In this document: one piece after another, positions 26,807 through 37,220 of the stretch
Numbering within the stretch: position 1 is the first letter of the stretch
How the letters are laid out: each line of letters starts with the position of its first letter
From: a virus
Taxonomy: Duplodnaviria; Caudoviricetes
IMG/VR virus record: IMGVR_UViG_3300049596_000773
Coordinates: 1-51,359 of that record
Direction: 5' to 3' (one strand)
Length of the DNA: 51,359 bases
Notes under the pieces: generated by a model
Told to the model about the DNA's origin: nothing
The model's database searches: none
What the model saw: the letters and a program-made list of their open reading frames with translations, nothing else
Made by a program: the position numbers and the translations under genes

Positions 26807-27468
26807 TTGCCAACTCTCAATCCTTCGGAGCGTCCTTCATCGGCCTGGTTGCGCTCGTCATTTTCCTCGCCGTGGTCTGGAAAGGGATGCGCGAGTGAAA
26901 GCCCCGGTTTGCGCTCTCGCTTGGGCCGTGGCAACGCTGGCGACGGCGACGCTGTTGCGGTGGCTGACGGGGCGGGCGGATGAAGTGAAATGAGACGCGA
27001 ACCGTTGTCCGCACCGGGAGTATTACCTCTGCGGCTGACCACCAACACGGTTTTCTATGGTCATTTGGAACGGACTAACCAGCACGGCTGCTGATCTCTA
27101 ACTGGCCGTCGCCAGTATTGCCCGCGCCTCAATTCACTTCACCGGCTACGGTTCCGCGCTTGCGACGCTTTGTCAAGCAGCCGCAACGTCGCGGCCTTGT
27201 CCATGCGCCGCACCATCCCGGCGGCTTTTGCGTTCGCACGGCGCAAGGCTTGCGTGCGCGCAGAGAGGGCAAGCTCCCGGTGTAGGAGCTGGAACTCATC
27301 GGCTGCCAGAAGCGTTTCGTTCGCGTTCATGTGCGGATTGCTAGCACATTCAATTGTAACCGTCAAGGTTACGTTTGTTGAGCGTCAACGGGTTGCAAAC
27401 AAAATGCAGGGGACAGCAAAAAAGAATTGGACAACTGCCCCACGTTGCCCCAACGTGCCCCACACCAA

Positions 27469-27639
27469 ATGAGCAAAGCCCGCCACGTCCGAATCCAAGG
27501 ATACATCGCAGACAAGCTGATTTCCTTCTATAAGAACAACCCTTTTGCGCCTTCATTGAGCCAGCTTGTGAATCGTGAGTTGATGGCCGCACTTGGCGCA
27601 AAGCAGAAGTCCAAACGTGGCACGAAACCCGCTAACTAA
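27469..27639 (+). CDS. Small RHH-like regulator at the head of the rightward operon
   Basis: RHVRI strand plus SLSQLVNREL helix; three TGCCCCA repeats upstream. Confidence 0.5.
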   Translation: MSKARHVRIQGYIADKLISFYKNNPFAPSLSQLVNRELMAALGAKQKSKRGTKPAN

Positions 27640-27644
27640 CCGGC

Positions 27645-28783
27645 ATGAACTATCCAAACGCATCCGCCTTCCTTGCCGCCCGCTTTGTTGATCTCGGCAA
27701 GTATCAAGAACTGCAAAAGCAACTCGCCGAGAAAGAAGCCGAGACGACGCGGATCGTGAAGGCACTTGGCGAAGCGGTCAAGCGCCGCAACGACGCCGAG
27801 TCCATGCTGACACGGCTCAAATTCCAGCGCCAAGATAACGGCGTTTGGGTTAACATCGAATTATGAAACCAACAACCCCAGCATACCACCGCGATATAGA
27901 CTCCGCGCACAAGCGCGCGATGGACATGAAACACGCTTGCTACCACGAGCGGATTGACCGTGACCTCGCGCTATTCCGAGCGAAGCTGCTCACGCTTGCG
28001 CTCCTGACCGCGCTCGCCGTTCTCGTCTGGTCACTAGGCAGCACGGAAAACGGGCGCGACGTTTGCCAACTCATTGCCCGACTATTTCAATGAGCCAACC
28101 CGACAATACCCTGCTAAGGCAATTTTGCGATTGCAGCAAACCGGCGACAGTAAAGCGCGGCAACGCGAAGATGTGTCAGAGCTGTGCCGACACAGACAGC
28201 AAATCGCCTCCTTACGTTGCAGGACGCAAACCCAAGACGACCATCGGGACGTTTTCATACATCGAAATCACCCAACGCTGCCGAGAGTTTTTCGAGCGAA
28301 ATGGGCTGAACCAGTTTGGATATTGAATATGAGCACACCACTTACACCGTGGGAGCAGGCTATGGCCGCAATGCGCGAGGATGAGGACATGCGCGCTGGC
28401 AAAGCGGCTGCACTGGAAAAGCAGAACGCCGAAGGATACCGCTACATGGGCGAAATGAATCCGCTCAAGCACATGCTGCCGGACGTGGTGGCAGCGGAAC
28501 AGCGCGCGGCCTGCAAAGTAAGACAGGAGGGAAACAGGTGAGCGCCAGCCTGCCATCCGAAGAACTGCCACGCCGCGTCGCACGCGAGGTTGCGGACGAG
28601 TTGCGCGGACGGCGCGAAATGGACGCCGCCGATATGCGGGCCGAGATGGAAGACTTTCCGCTGCCGCTCGTTGGCCTCGTCAACATTCCGATCAGCAACC
28701 TCGACAACTATCCGCCAGGAGAACTGGCATCCGCATCCGGGAAGACCGATGACAAACAAAAAGAAAGAAACGAAACGAAATGA
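27645..28783 (+). other. Run of five small overlapping hypothetical genes (27645-27866, 27863-28093, 28090-28326, 28329-28541, 28538-28783)
   Basis: Chain of start/stop overlaps; the third gene has a CxC...CxxC pattern. Confidence 0.6.
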
Positions 28784-29181
28784 ACCTAAACGAAGAGTTC
28801 CCGAGCAAGTGGCTGTCTGGTGATGAAATCGAAGACCCGCGCACCGTGATTATTAGCGACGTGGAAATTGTCGAGTTTGACAGCCGCCAACGTCCAGGAC
28901 AGAAAGACCGCAAGGTTGCTCTGCACTTCAAGGGCGAAGACAAAGGCATGATCTGCAACGTCGGCATGCGTAACATCGTGATGGGCTTTTACGGCCCCGA
29001 CACTGATGACTGGATCGGCAAGCGCATCCGCATTATGTCAACGCCGTTCACGAATGACAAGGGCGAGACGAGTATGGTCTGCCGCATCCATCCAAAGAAG
29101 CCCGAGGCGGCAGCGCCAGCCAAGCCTAAGCCTCCGGTCAGCGACAACGACGGCGGGCCTGACTTGCCCGAGGACTTCTAA
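28780..29181 (+). CDS. Putative ssDNA-binding (OB-fold-like) protein
   Basis: FPSKWL N-terminus, beta-rich core, Pro/Ala linker and acidic tail ending DF. Confidence 0.5.
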   Translation: MNLNEEFPSKWLSGDEIEDPRTVIISDVEIVEFDSRQRPGQKDRKVALHFKGEDKGMICNVGMRNIVMGFYGPDTDDWIGKRIRIMSTPFTNDKGETSMVCRIHPKKPEAAAPAKPKPPVSDNDGGPDLPEDF

Positions 29182-29234
29182 CCCCCTGTTCACACACCCG
29201 ACGCCGGGCGGGAGAATCCCGGCACTACTTTCCA

Positions 29235-29687
29235 ATGCCCGAGCAAGACCGATGGGACGCGTGGTGGGAAACGGACGAGGGGAGCGCCGAAGAGGCTAGG
29301 GCTTTCGACAAACTTATGACCGAAATGACAGACGCAATGCGGCGCTGTATGCACCGCGAGCCCGCGCTTAGAAAACCAAATGCTAATCCTCAAACTAATA
29401 ATACCGGGACGACTCCCAAGCTGGAACAAGATACTCAGCATGGGCCACTGGCAGAGGGCCAAGCTAAAGAAATGGCAGCAGACCGAGTTCATATCCGCTT
29501 TGAGTCTGTCCGAAAACGCCTGCTCGATCCCGACAATCTGTGCGAAAAGTGGACTCTCGACTGTCTCCGATATATCGGCGTCATTCGCGGAGATGAGCCG
29601 GACAAAATCACACTCGAAACAACGCAACGCAAGGCCGCGAAAGGCGAAGCGGAGCACACGCTAATAACCATCACTTACCCATTATGA
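29235..29687 (+). CDS. RusA-like Holliday junction resolvase (catalytic half)
   Basis: RLLDPDNL..K..LDCL...GVIRGD motif. Confidence 0.7.
   Translation: MPEQDRWDAWWETDEGSAEEARAFDKLMTEMTDAMRRCMHREPALRKPNANPQTNNTGTTPKLEQDTQHGPLAEGQAKEMAADRVHIRFESVRKRLLDPDNLCEKWTLDCLRYIGVIRGDEPDKITLETTQRKAAKGEAEHTLITITYPL
29380..29664 (+). CDS. Nested out-of-frame ORF with a RusA-like N-terminus
   Basis: LIIPGRLPSWN...HWQRAKLKK matches the usual N-terminal motif of phage RusA-like proteins. Confidence 0.5.
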   Translation: MLILKLIIPGRLPSWNKILSMGHWQRAKLKKWQQTEFISALSLSENACSIPTICAKSGLSTVSDISASFAEMSRTKSHSKQRNARPRKAKRSTR

Positions 29688-30453
29688 AAGTAGAAAAGCA
29701 CATTACGATCCACCTGAACGAAGCCGAGGCCGACGCGTTGACAAAGCTACTCGGCTCACACAGCGACACATTCAAGGTGAAGCTGGGCTTGACGCTGGAC
29801 GAAGCGAAACTGATAACGCAGATGTGGAAGAAGCTGCCGCACCCGGAGGAACAAGAATGAGCGAAGAACTGCAAACCCTGCTCGAAGCCTCGCGCCGCAT
29901 GGTCGAGACTCGCGACCTGATTATTGCCGACCAGGAGCGCGAAATCCGCGAACTGCGCGAGGCGTTGCACGGCAGACCCGACCCCGAGTGGGACGGCTCG
30001 CGGGCATTGGAGGTGACGACGTGAACCTTTTCGACATACCAGAAACGCCGCTGCCGCCGCTGGAAGCCGCGCGCAAACGGCTTGCAAAAGCGATTGAAGC
30101 GGAACGCGAGGCGGAGCAAGCGGACAGGAACCGCGACAACGGGCCGGAGCCGTGTCCGGCGCTGGAGTATGCTCGGCAGCAACGGATCGTCACCGAGCAG
30201 GTTGTTGCGGCGTTAGAACGCGAAACAATCAAAGGAGCCAATTTGTGAACACACCCGAAGAACAAGCTATGCGGATGCTATTGGCTGAGCGGGATGCCGA
30301 GCGCACGGCGCGTCGGGCGCTGGCCGAGGCGCTGCAAAACCTCCTTGAGTGGGCGGAGTGCGTTGCACCTCGGGCCGGAGTGAGGATGGGCGACAAAAAC
30401 ACCGCAGCCGCTACGGACGCTAAGGCCGCGCTCGATCTCGCCGCCAAGCTGCC

Positions 30454-30759
30454 ATGACCGACGACCTGTTCACTCTCGCAGCCCGCTACCCGTCCGCGCC
30501 GGGACACCGCGACACGGACACCAGCCGCGAGGCCGCGAAGGACATGGCCAGCCGCGTCACAGGGCTGCGCTTGGCGGTCCTTGGCGCGCTGGCGCAGGAC
30601 CGGACAGCGGACGAGTGCGCCGCCGTGCTTGGCGAGTCTGTGCTCGCTGTCAGGCCGCGTACTACGGAGCTAAAGCGGCTCGGCCTTATCACCGACACGG
30701 GCGAGCGCCGGCCAAACGCGAGCGGGAAACGGGCGATTGTTTGGAGGCTGACCCTATGA
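30454..30759 (+). CDS. Winged-helix DNA-binding protein
   Basis: DTSREAA...TADE.A..L......VRPR.TEL...GLI.DTGERR pattern. Confidence 0.65.
   Translation: MTDDLFTLAARYPSAPGHRDTDTSREAAKDMASRVTGLRLAVLGALAQDRTADECAAVLGESVLAVRPRTTELKRLGLITDTGERRPNASGKRAIVWRLTL
30700..30747 (+). repeat. 48-bp perfect direct repeat (second copy 32068-32115)
   Basis: GGCGAGCGCCGGCCAAACGCGAGCGGGAAACGGGCGATTGTTTGGAGG is present twice. Confidence 0.95.
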
Positions 30760-31712
30760 CAACCACTGAACGAACCGAATACGACGCCCTGTGCCTGCTC
30801 TGGCACGCTACGGAACCAATGACGGCGGCGCAGACCGCTCGAATGGACGAGCTGCACGCGATGACATTAAAAGCACCGCCAGTTTATCCACTTTCGGCTG
30901 AGCCAATTCACATAATCAGCCTTGGCGCAGGCGTGCAAAGCAGCACGATGGCGCTGATGGCCGCGCGCGGCGAGATTACGCCAATGCCGTCTTGTGCGAT
31001 CTTTGCCGATACGCAGGCGGAGCCGCAGAGCGTTTATCGCTGGCTTGACTGGCTGGAAAAGCAACTGCCGTTTCCAGTGCATCGGGTGACGGCTGGAGAC
31101 TTGGCTGAAACCTCAACGCGGGTGAGGGAATCGTCCAGAACGGAAGGAGCAAAATACCTTTCCCACCTTGTTCCTGCCTTCACTCTTTCCGCCACTGGCG
31201 AGCGCGGCACTTGGTTTCGGCAATGCACGGATAAGCACAAATTGACCCCGTTACGCAAGGCGATTGACCGCGAACGCGGAACGTCCCAGGCAATAGTTTG
31301 GATTGGAATTTCAAGTGATGAGGCGAGCCGAATGAAGCCAAGCAGAATCGCCGGAATCAGCCACATTTTCCCGCTGATTGACGGGGCGAAAACTTTCAGC
31401 CGCCGTCAATGTCTGGCGTGGATGCAGGAACGCGGTTTTCCGACGCCGCCGCGTTCAAGCTGCTCATTTTGCCCCTACCATTCAGACAACGAATGGCGGA
31501 GGTTGCGCGACACCGAGCCGGAGGCGTTCGCGGCGGCAGTCGTCTATGAAATGCGGATGCAGGAGGCGGCGGAAAAGATAGACCGTCTTGACTCAGTTCC
31601 ATACCTGCATAATTCGCGGGTGCCTTTGTTGGACGTTGATTTCTCCACCGATGAAGACCACGGCCAGCAAGTCATGTTTCAAAACGAGTGCGAGGGAATG
31701 TGTGGAGTATGA
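30756..31712 (+). CDS. PAPS-reductase-like (PP-loop, Fe-S) protein
   Basis: ISLGAGVQSS, FADTQAE, CT..HK, WIGISSDE, SSCSFCPY and terminal ECEGMCGV. The start could instead be 30861. Confidence 0.8.
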   Translation: MTTTERTEYDALCLLWHATEPMTAAQTARMDELHAMTLKAPPVYPLSAEPIHIISLGAGVQSSTMALMAARGEITPMPSCAIFADTQAEPQSVYRWLDWLEKQLPFPVHRVTAGDLAETSTRVRESSRTEGAKYLSHLVPAFTLSATGERGTWFRQCTDKHKLTPLRKAIDRERGTSQAIVWIGISSDEASRMKPSRIAGISHIFPLIDGAKTFSRRQCLAWMQERGFPTPPRSSCSFCPYHSDNEWRRLRDTEPEAFAAAVVYEMRMQEAAEKIDRLDSVPYLHNSRVPLLDVDFSTDEDHGQQVMFQNECEGMCGV

Positions 31713-32047
31713 AGCCGCCCGTCCCGCTTACGCCAGACGAGATGACGGAGCTTGGCTCTTTGCTGATGCCGCAAAGCGCCTGCAACCACGCATGGGAGAC
31801 GATGGAGCAATGCTTTGAGTGCGGGGCGATCCGGCCCGCGCAGGATGAACCAACGCCAATACTGGACGACGAAATGAAAGGATGCCCGATGAAAACCAAA
31901 GACGCCAAGGAAGAACTCGAAACGCTCCGCCGCATGATCCGCGAACTCGCGGGCTGTGAATGGCAGGGAAAGGACGTGACCACAAAGCGCCTGATATTTG
32001 AGGCGCGCAAAGCAGCCGGGTGGAAGCGAACCGACTGGACGAAATGA
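31709..32047 (+). CDS. Hypothetical protein
   Basis: ATGA overlaps on both sides; CNH...CFEC motif. Confidence 0.55.
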   Translation: MKPPVPLTPDEMTELGSLLMPQSACNHAWETMEQCFECGAIRPAQDEPTPILDDEMKGCPMKTKDAKEELETLRRMIRELAGCEWQGKDVTTKRLIFEARKAAGWKRTDWTK

Positions 32048-32246
32048 CTCGCTACACGACGACCAGCGGCGAGCGCCGGCCAAACGCGAGCGGGAAACGG
32101 GCGATTGTTTGGAGGTTGCGGTGAATCGTTCTGCCGACGCCGGGAAAACGATCAGAGGCGAAGAAAACCGCTTGCAATCGGCGCGGGGGTGATGCGCCGT
32201 TAAACTCTTTGTAAAACAACGCTTTACAGTTAACTTAACGTAGTTT

Positions 32247-33056
32247 ATGATTCCTTCCATGTATGCCAAACTGTTTTCCCGAATTGCTCAAAGCTCTCTG
32301 ATGGAAGAGGACGTTGAGGTTCGCTACTGCTTTATGATGCTGCTCGCCATTGCCGACTCGACCGGCGACGTGATCGGCACCGACATCGCGCTTGCCCGCA
32401 CTGTCAACCTTCCGCTGGATACGTTTCGCCGTTGCATCGCAGAATTGATGGAACCAGACCCCGACTCAAACTCACAGGTTTTTGAGGGCCGAAGGATCGT
32501 TTCGAGCGAAAACGGGCGCGGCTATCGCGTGGTTAACTACATCACCTATCGGCAGATTAAGACGAATGACGAGAAGCGCGCATACATGCGTGAGTATATG
32601 CAGCGGCGTCGTAAAGGGCTGAAAGCTAACGATGTAACCCCATGTAAAACTCTGTTAAGCGATGTAACACATTCAGAAGCAGAGGGAGAATCAGAAGAAG
32701 AAGCAGATACAACCCTACCACCTTCCCCGCCGCAAGCGGCGAAGAGGACAAGGAAAGTGGTGCTTCGCTTGGAATGTCCGGCCTTTCGAGAATTTTGGAC
32801 AGCCTACCCGAAGAAAATCGCAATTGCTAACGCGGAGGCCGCTTGGATGAAAAACGGATGCGCTCAATTCCTCCCAAAGATTTTGACAACTGTTCGGGCG
32901 TTCAAAACATCCGATCAATGGACGAAAGACGGCGGGCAATTTATTCCAAACCCGGCAACGTGGCTGAACCAAAGACGATGGGAGGACGAGCTTTCGCCTG
33001 TAAACTCTCGCTTTATGACTGCCGACACCGTGGCCGACCCCGACGAGAAATTCTGA
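32247..33056 (+). CDS. Phage replication initiator (replisome organiser)
   Basis: N-terminal helical DNA-binding domain, purine-rich linker and C-terminal FREFWTAYPKK...FIPNPATWLNQRRWED; directly upstream of the DnaC-like gene. Confidence 0.8.
   Translation: MIPSMYAKLFSRIAQSSLMEEDVEVRYCFMMLLAIADSTGDVIGTDIALARTVNLPLDTFRRCIAELMEPDPDSNSQVFEGRRIVSSENGRGYRVVNYITYRQIKTNDEKRAYMREYMQRRRKGLKANDVTPCKTLLSDVTHSEAEGESEEEADTTLPPSPPQAAKRTRKVVLRLECPAFREFWTAYPKKIAIANAEAAWMKNGCAQFLPKILTTVRAFKTSDQWTKDGGQFIPNPATWLNQRRWEDELSPVNSRFMTADTVADPDEKF
32626..32711. other. Candidate replication origin inside the initiator gene
   Basis: Repeated (CG)ATGTAA(C) iteron-like units followed by a CAGAAG-rich purine tract, as in lambdoid origins. 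Confidence 0.45.
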
Positions 33057-33057
33057 C

Positions 33058-34002
33058 ATGGAACACGACTCCACTGAAACCAGCCGCGCCCGCCTCGAAG
33101 CCGAAGTCGAAGCGTTCAAGACCCGACAAGCCGAAGCTGACGCTCTGCTAGCAGAGCGCGCAACCTCACGCGACAGCCGACGCAGAGACAGCCTTATCGG
33201 ACTCGACAACGTGGTGGAAATCGGTTCTTTGATGCCGGAAATTGTTGGCGTTTTCGAGCGGACAGCGAAAAGGGCTGCGGAGTTTCGGGACTCTTTGCGT
33301 CCCATGTTTTCCGATCTTCGACCGAAACCTTGCCGACATCATCCGCTAGTCATGCGGGAACCGGCATGGGACGAGACGATTGCCCGCTCACGCGACAGCG
33401 GAACATTTACGCCAGCCTTTGCGCCGTGCTGTGAGTGTCGGGACGAAAAGACCAGCGAAGCGCGCCGAGCGTTTTGGCGTAGGCGCGGAGTGGAGGAACG
33501 GAACATTGACGCTAGCCTAGACAACTTTTTTCCGCTCGGTGATGCCAAAAAGACCGCTGTTCTCGAAAAGGTCTGCGCGTGGCAGGCCAAAGGAACGGGC
33601 TTTCTGCTGCTCTACGGTTCTCCGGGGACCGGAAAGGGACATCTCGCAACCGGATGCCTTAAAGCACACGGTGCCGGACTTTTTGTGAAGCAAGCGGACA
33701 TGCTGCGCGACCTGCGCGACAGCTACGCAACCAATTCGACCACGGCATGCGTGTCGGCATGGCAGGATGCCGGGCTGCTGGTAGTGGACGAGTTCGGACT
33801 CAGCGGCGGAGGGAAGGACGAGGAGCCGATGCTTTACCAAGTTCTCGCGCACCGATACGACCACCGCCGGCCAACCGTCATTACAGCAAACCTGAATCTG
33901 GACGAGCTAAAGGCGCGGCTTGGCGAACGGCTGGTTGACCGCATCCGCGAGGACTGCACACACGCCCCGATGACGTGGGAAAGCTACAGGAGGTCCGCAT
34001 GA
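33058..34002 (+). CDS. DnaC/IstB-like helicase loader ATPase
   Basis: GSPGTGKGHLA, LLVVDEFG, RY...RPTVITAN and GERLVDRI motifs. Confidence 0.88.
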   Translation: MEHDSTETSRARLEAEVEAFKTRQAEADALLAERATSRDSRRRDSLIGLDNVVEIGSLMPEIVGVFERTAKRAAEFRDSLRPMFSDLRPKPCRHHPLVMREPAWDETIARSRDSGTFTPAFAPCCECRDEKTSEARRAFWRRRGVEERNIDASLDNFFPLGDAKKTAVLEKVCAWQAKGTGFLLLYGSPGTGKGHLATGCLKAHGAGLFVKQADMLRDLRDSYATNSTTACVSAWQDAGLLVVDEFGLSGGGKDEEPMLYQVLAHRYDHRRPTVITANLNLDELKARLGERLVDRIREDCTHAPMTWESYRRSA

Positions 34003-34460
34003 CCGACCCAGCGGAAGCCGAGCGCATCGCGGCGGCGGCTAGGGAGGCGGCGGCGCGGTTTCGGGAGGGCATGGGGCGGTGACCACCCTCGCCGACATCC
34101 TCGCGCGCCTTAACGCCGCCGTGCGCGCTGGCGAGGAAGCGGGCGATGCGATCTCCGACCACTCCGACGATCCGTTCGCTCGGATACTCCTGCAACAGAC
34201 GCGGCTTGCGACCGCCCGGCACCGGGAATCTAGGGACATGCTCAGGGCGGCGATCAGGGCGACGAAAAAAAGTGCGACGCATGAGTGAAACCCTGACACG
34301 ACAAGCTCTTTCCCATCGCGCCAAGCGCGCCGCTGGTCTGTGCCGCTGCGGAGCACCGTCAGAAACCTCGCGCTGTCCGTCCTGCTCCGAGCGAGAGCGC
34401 ACACAGGGAAGCCGTTATGCCAAGCGGAGCCGGGTGCGAGGCCGTCCCACGCAAAAAGAT

Positions 34461-34615
34461 TTGACGAAAGGCCAGCTTTAGCATAAATACATCGTGCCGA
34501 GTGAGCCCCGGCACAGAGAAAGCATTACATGAAATCAAACCCAAAAACAGACGCCTCAAGTCTATTCGCCGCCGTAGTAATGCACGGGCTCACGGCGGAT
34601 AGTCTTGAGGTTTTT
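34461..34615 (+). promoter_or_regulatory. Promoter and structured attenuator-like leader
   Basis: TTGACG-17-TAAATA, a small hairpin at 34494-34514, and a large hairpin at 34554-34610 followed by TTTTT. Confidence 0.55.
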
Positions 34616-34620
34616 GCTGT

Positions 34621-35385
34621 ATGAGAACCAAAGAACAGTTGCGAGCCAGTCAGGCCGCGTATTGCGCCAGACATCCAGACAGAGTGCGCGCCACAAGGGC
34701 GGCATACGCGGCCCGCAACAGAGACAAAATACGCGCTAAAAAATCCGCTCGCAGACTTGAAAATTTAGAAAAGGCCCGCGCCGATGATTTGAGGCATCGC
34801 TCCAAAAATCCAGAAAAAACGCGCGCCAGCCAATCCAAATGGAGGAATGCAAATAAAGAAAAGGTGCGAGCAAGGAGGGCTAAATACAACGCCAAAAATG
34901 CGCACAAAGCCCGTGCTTATAGTAAGGCTTATCACTGGGCAAACAGAGAAAAAGCTTTAGCCTATAACAAGGCTTACCGGGCCGCAAATGTAGATAAAGA
35001 GCGAATCAGGAAAGCTGCATATCGCATCGCAAATATAAAGCATGTTCGCGCTAGGTGGGCGGCCTACTACGCCACAAATCCAGAGGCTCAGATAAAAGCC
35101 CGCCATTTGCGACGAGCTAGGGTGATGAACGCCATCACAGGAAACCTTAAAACCATTGCAGCGTGGGAAAAATCTTGGAAATCAAAAAAGTTTGCCGTCT
35201 GCTATTGGTGTTCGGTCCGTGTTTTAAGCAGAAAATGCCATGTTGACCACATTCATCCCATCTCCAAAAACGGCGCGCACAGCATAGAAAACCTCTGCAT
35301 ATCGTGCGCCCTGTGCAATTTAAGAAAAAGCGCAAGCACAATAGACATCTGGAACAACCAGATCAAGCAGCCCGTATTACTATAA
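34621..35385 (+). CDS. HNH endonuclease with a basic repetitive N-terminus
   Basis: CYWC...HVDHIHPISKNGAHSIENL..SC..CN..K; AT-rich relative to its flanks. Confidence 0.88.
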   Translation: MRTKEQLRASQAAYCARHPDRVRATRAAYAARNRDKIRAKKSARRLENLEKARADDLRHRSKNPEKTRASQSKWRNANKEKVRARRAKYNAKNAHKARAYSKAYHWANREKALAYNKAYRAANVDKERIRKAAYRIANIKHVRARWAAYYATNPEAQIKARHLRRARVMNAITGNLKTIAAWEKSWKSKKFAVCYWCSVRVLSRKCHVDHIHPISKNGAHSIENLCISCALCNLRKSASTIDIWNNQIKQPVLL

Positions 35386-35414
35386 CAACCCAGCCAACCC
35401 GGAAAAAGACTAAA

Positions 35415-36296
35415 ATGAACATGACACCAGACCAAATCGAACAATGGAAGGACGCCTGCAACGCCCTTCGAGACGGCGAGCGAATCCAAGTGCAACTCCT
35501 GAGCGGCGAATGGTCCGATACGGCGATCTTCGATCCGCGCCTGCCACACCGCCGCAAGCCCAAGCCTGCCCCGTGGTCCCTTGCCGACCACATGCGCCGC
35601 TTTTTCCCGACATGGGACGAGGCGACGATGCCGTTGCACCGCACGGACTGGACTGAGGACATGCTGCCGGATGGGTGGAGGCCGTTGCTGAAAGGGGAAG
35701 CCTACAAAAATGGAGATGAATTTAAGCTCGGGTCAGAATGGAGAGTAGAAACCAACGTAAGCTCTTATCAGACGACCGATTACTGCCACTACCACACCCG
35801 CACCAGACGCCCGCTACCCAAGGCCGCCCCGTGGACGCTTCCGCCACCGCCCGCCGGCCAGCAATGGCATCGCACGGATTGGACGGAGGACATGCTGCCA
35901 GAGGGGTGGAGGCCGCTTCTGTATGACGAAATACCGCAATTCGGAGATCAGGTGTGGGAGTTCGGGAAAGGGCCGTGGGGAAAATATGTGACCGCCGAAC
36001 CGCGTCACTCCGCACACAACCACACGCGCACGATGCGCCCGGTCCCATCGCCGCCGCGCATGGTGCCGTTGACGCGCGCAGACGTGCCGTTCGGCAGCGT
36101 GTTCCGCGCGCTGTCCGGCAGCGATTTCCTGCCGGTGCAGACCTCAGATCACGGCATTACACTGGCGTTGCATGGCGAATCCGGCTTCCGAGGGTGGACG
36201 CAACTGCAAAGCATGGGCTGGCTCATCCACCGTCCAGGCGACAACGACGCAGACGGCAAGCCGGTTTGGCGCAAATGCGAAAAGGAGGCGAAGTGA
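35415..36296 (+). CDS. Hypothetical protein with a duplicated ~77-aa domain
   Basis: HRTDWTEDMLP(D/E)GWRPLL...HTRT.RP occurs twice. Confidence 0.7.
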   Translation: MNMTPDQIEQWKDACNALRDGERIQVQLLSGEWSDTAIFDPRLPHRRKPKPAPWSLADHMRRFFPTWDEATMPLHRTDWTEDMLPDGWRPLLKGEAYKNGDEFKLGSEWRVETNVSSYQTTDYCHYHTRTRRPLPKAAPWTLPPPPAGQQWHRTDWTEDMLPEGWRPLLYDEIPQFGDQVWEFGKGPWGKYVTAEPRHSAHNHTRTMRPVPSPPRMVPLTRADVPFGSVFRALSGSDFLPVQTSDHGITLALHGESGFRGWTQLQSMGWLIHRPGDNDADGKPVWRKCEKEAK

Positions 36297-37009
36297 ACCC
36301 GGCAATCTCCCGATGCTGCACATGCGGAGCTGAATGGCTGACCGGAGAGGACGGCTCGCACTCGTGCGCCGTGCATCTCAACCGCAAGCTCGCCAAGTGC
36401 CGGTCGGGGCTTGAAGACGCCAAAGAGATCGTGGAGCACGCCCAAAGCTACGCGCTCACGCGAGAATCATACCCCGACGCCGAATTTTACCGGGAAGCCG
36501 GAGAGCGCATCCGCGAAACCCTCGACGCCATCAAATGACCGCCGCCGACCGCCTCGCCACCATCCGCGCCCGTTGCGTGCTTTTTTCGCGGCAGGATTAC
36601 CGCCCTGACACGTCACTTCCCGCTAGCCTACCCTCGACCACGGTCGCAATGGCGCTGACCTGCATCGCCGCAATCGACACCTGCCAGCCAATCACAAAGG
36701 AAAATCTGCCGCTCGTGCAGTCCATCCTCGACGCCTGGACATGACCCGCTCCCACCCGGTTTTCGTCACGCCCTTGTTCGCCGAGCTGAAAGCGGCGGTC
36801 GCTGGCGTTGCGGATATGCCCCTAGAATCGCCAGAAATGCCCGCTGGCGCGGTTTTGGTTGCGAAACGTGCCGACATGCCAGACCCACCCTCGGCGCTGG
36901 AATTGGCTGAACGGGCAAAAAACCGCTGCCAGAGAGGAAACTTACTCTGGCAGCGGCATAATTTTCCGGGCATCTTTGCGCCCTGCACCCAATGCGGGCA
37001 AGTGCGCGG

Positions 37010-37216
37010 TTAGGCTTTGGTTTCGGTTTCCCCCTCGGCGCGCACCCTCGGTGTCCAGTCGCGCCGTTTGCAAGCGCCGCGCCCGGCGCGCCCGGCTTTC
37101 GAGCGTGCCTTTCGGGCTTTCACGGTCATCGCGTAAGGGCTTTTAGGGTCGCCCGGCTGCTTGCGCGGACGGCCACGGCCTCGGGTCGGTTTTGGTTTTG
37201 GTTCGGTGGTGGTCAT
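37010..37216 (-). CDS. Small basic AT-hook-like protein
   Basis: RGRGRPRK motif. Confidence 0.5.
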   Translation of the reverse strand: MTTTEPKPKPTRGRGRPRKQPGDPKSPYAMTVKARKARSKAGRAGRGACKRRDWTPRVRAEGETETKA

Positions 37217-37220
37217 GGGA

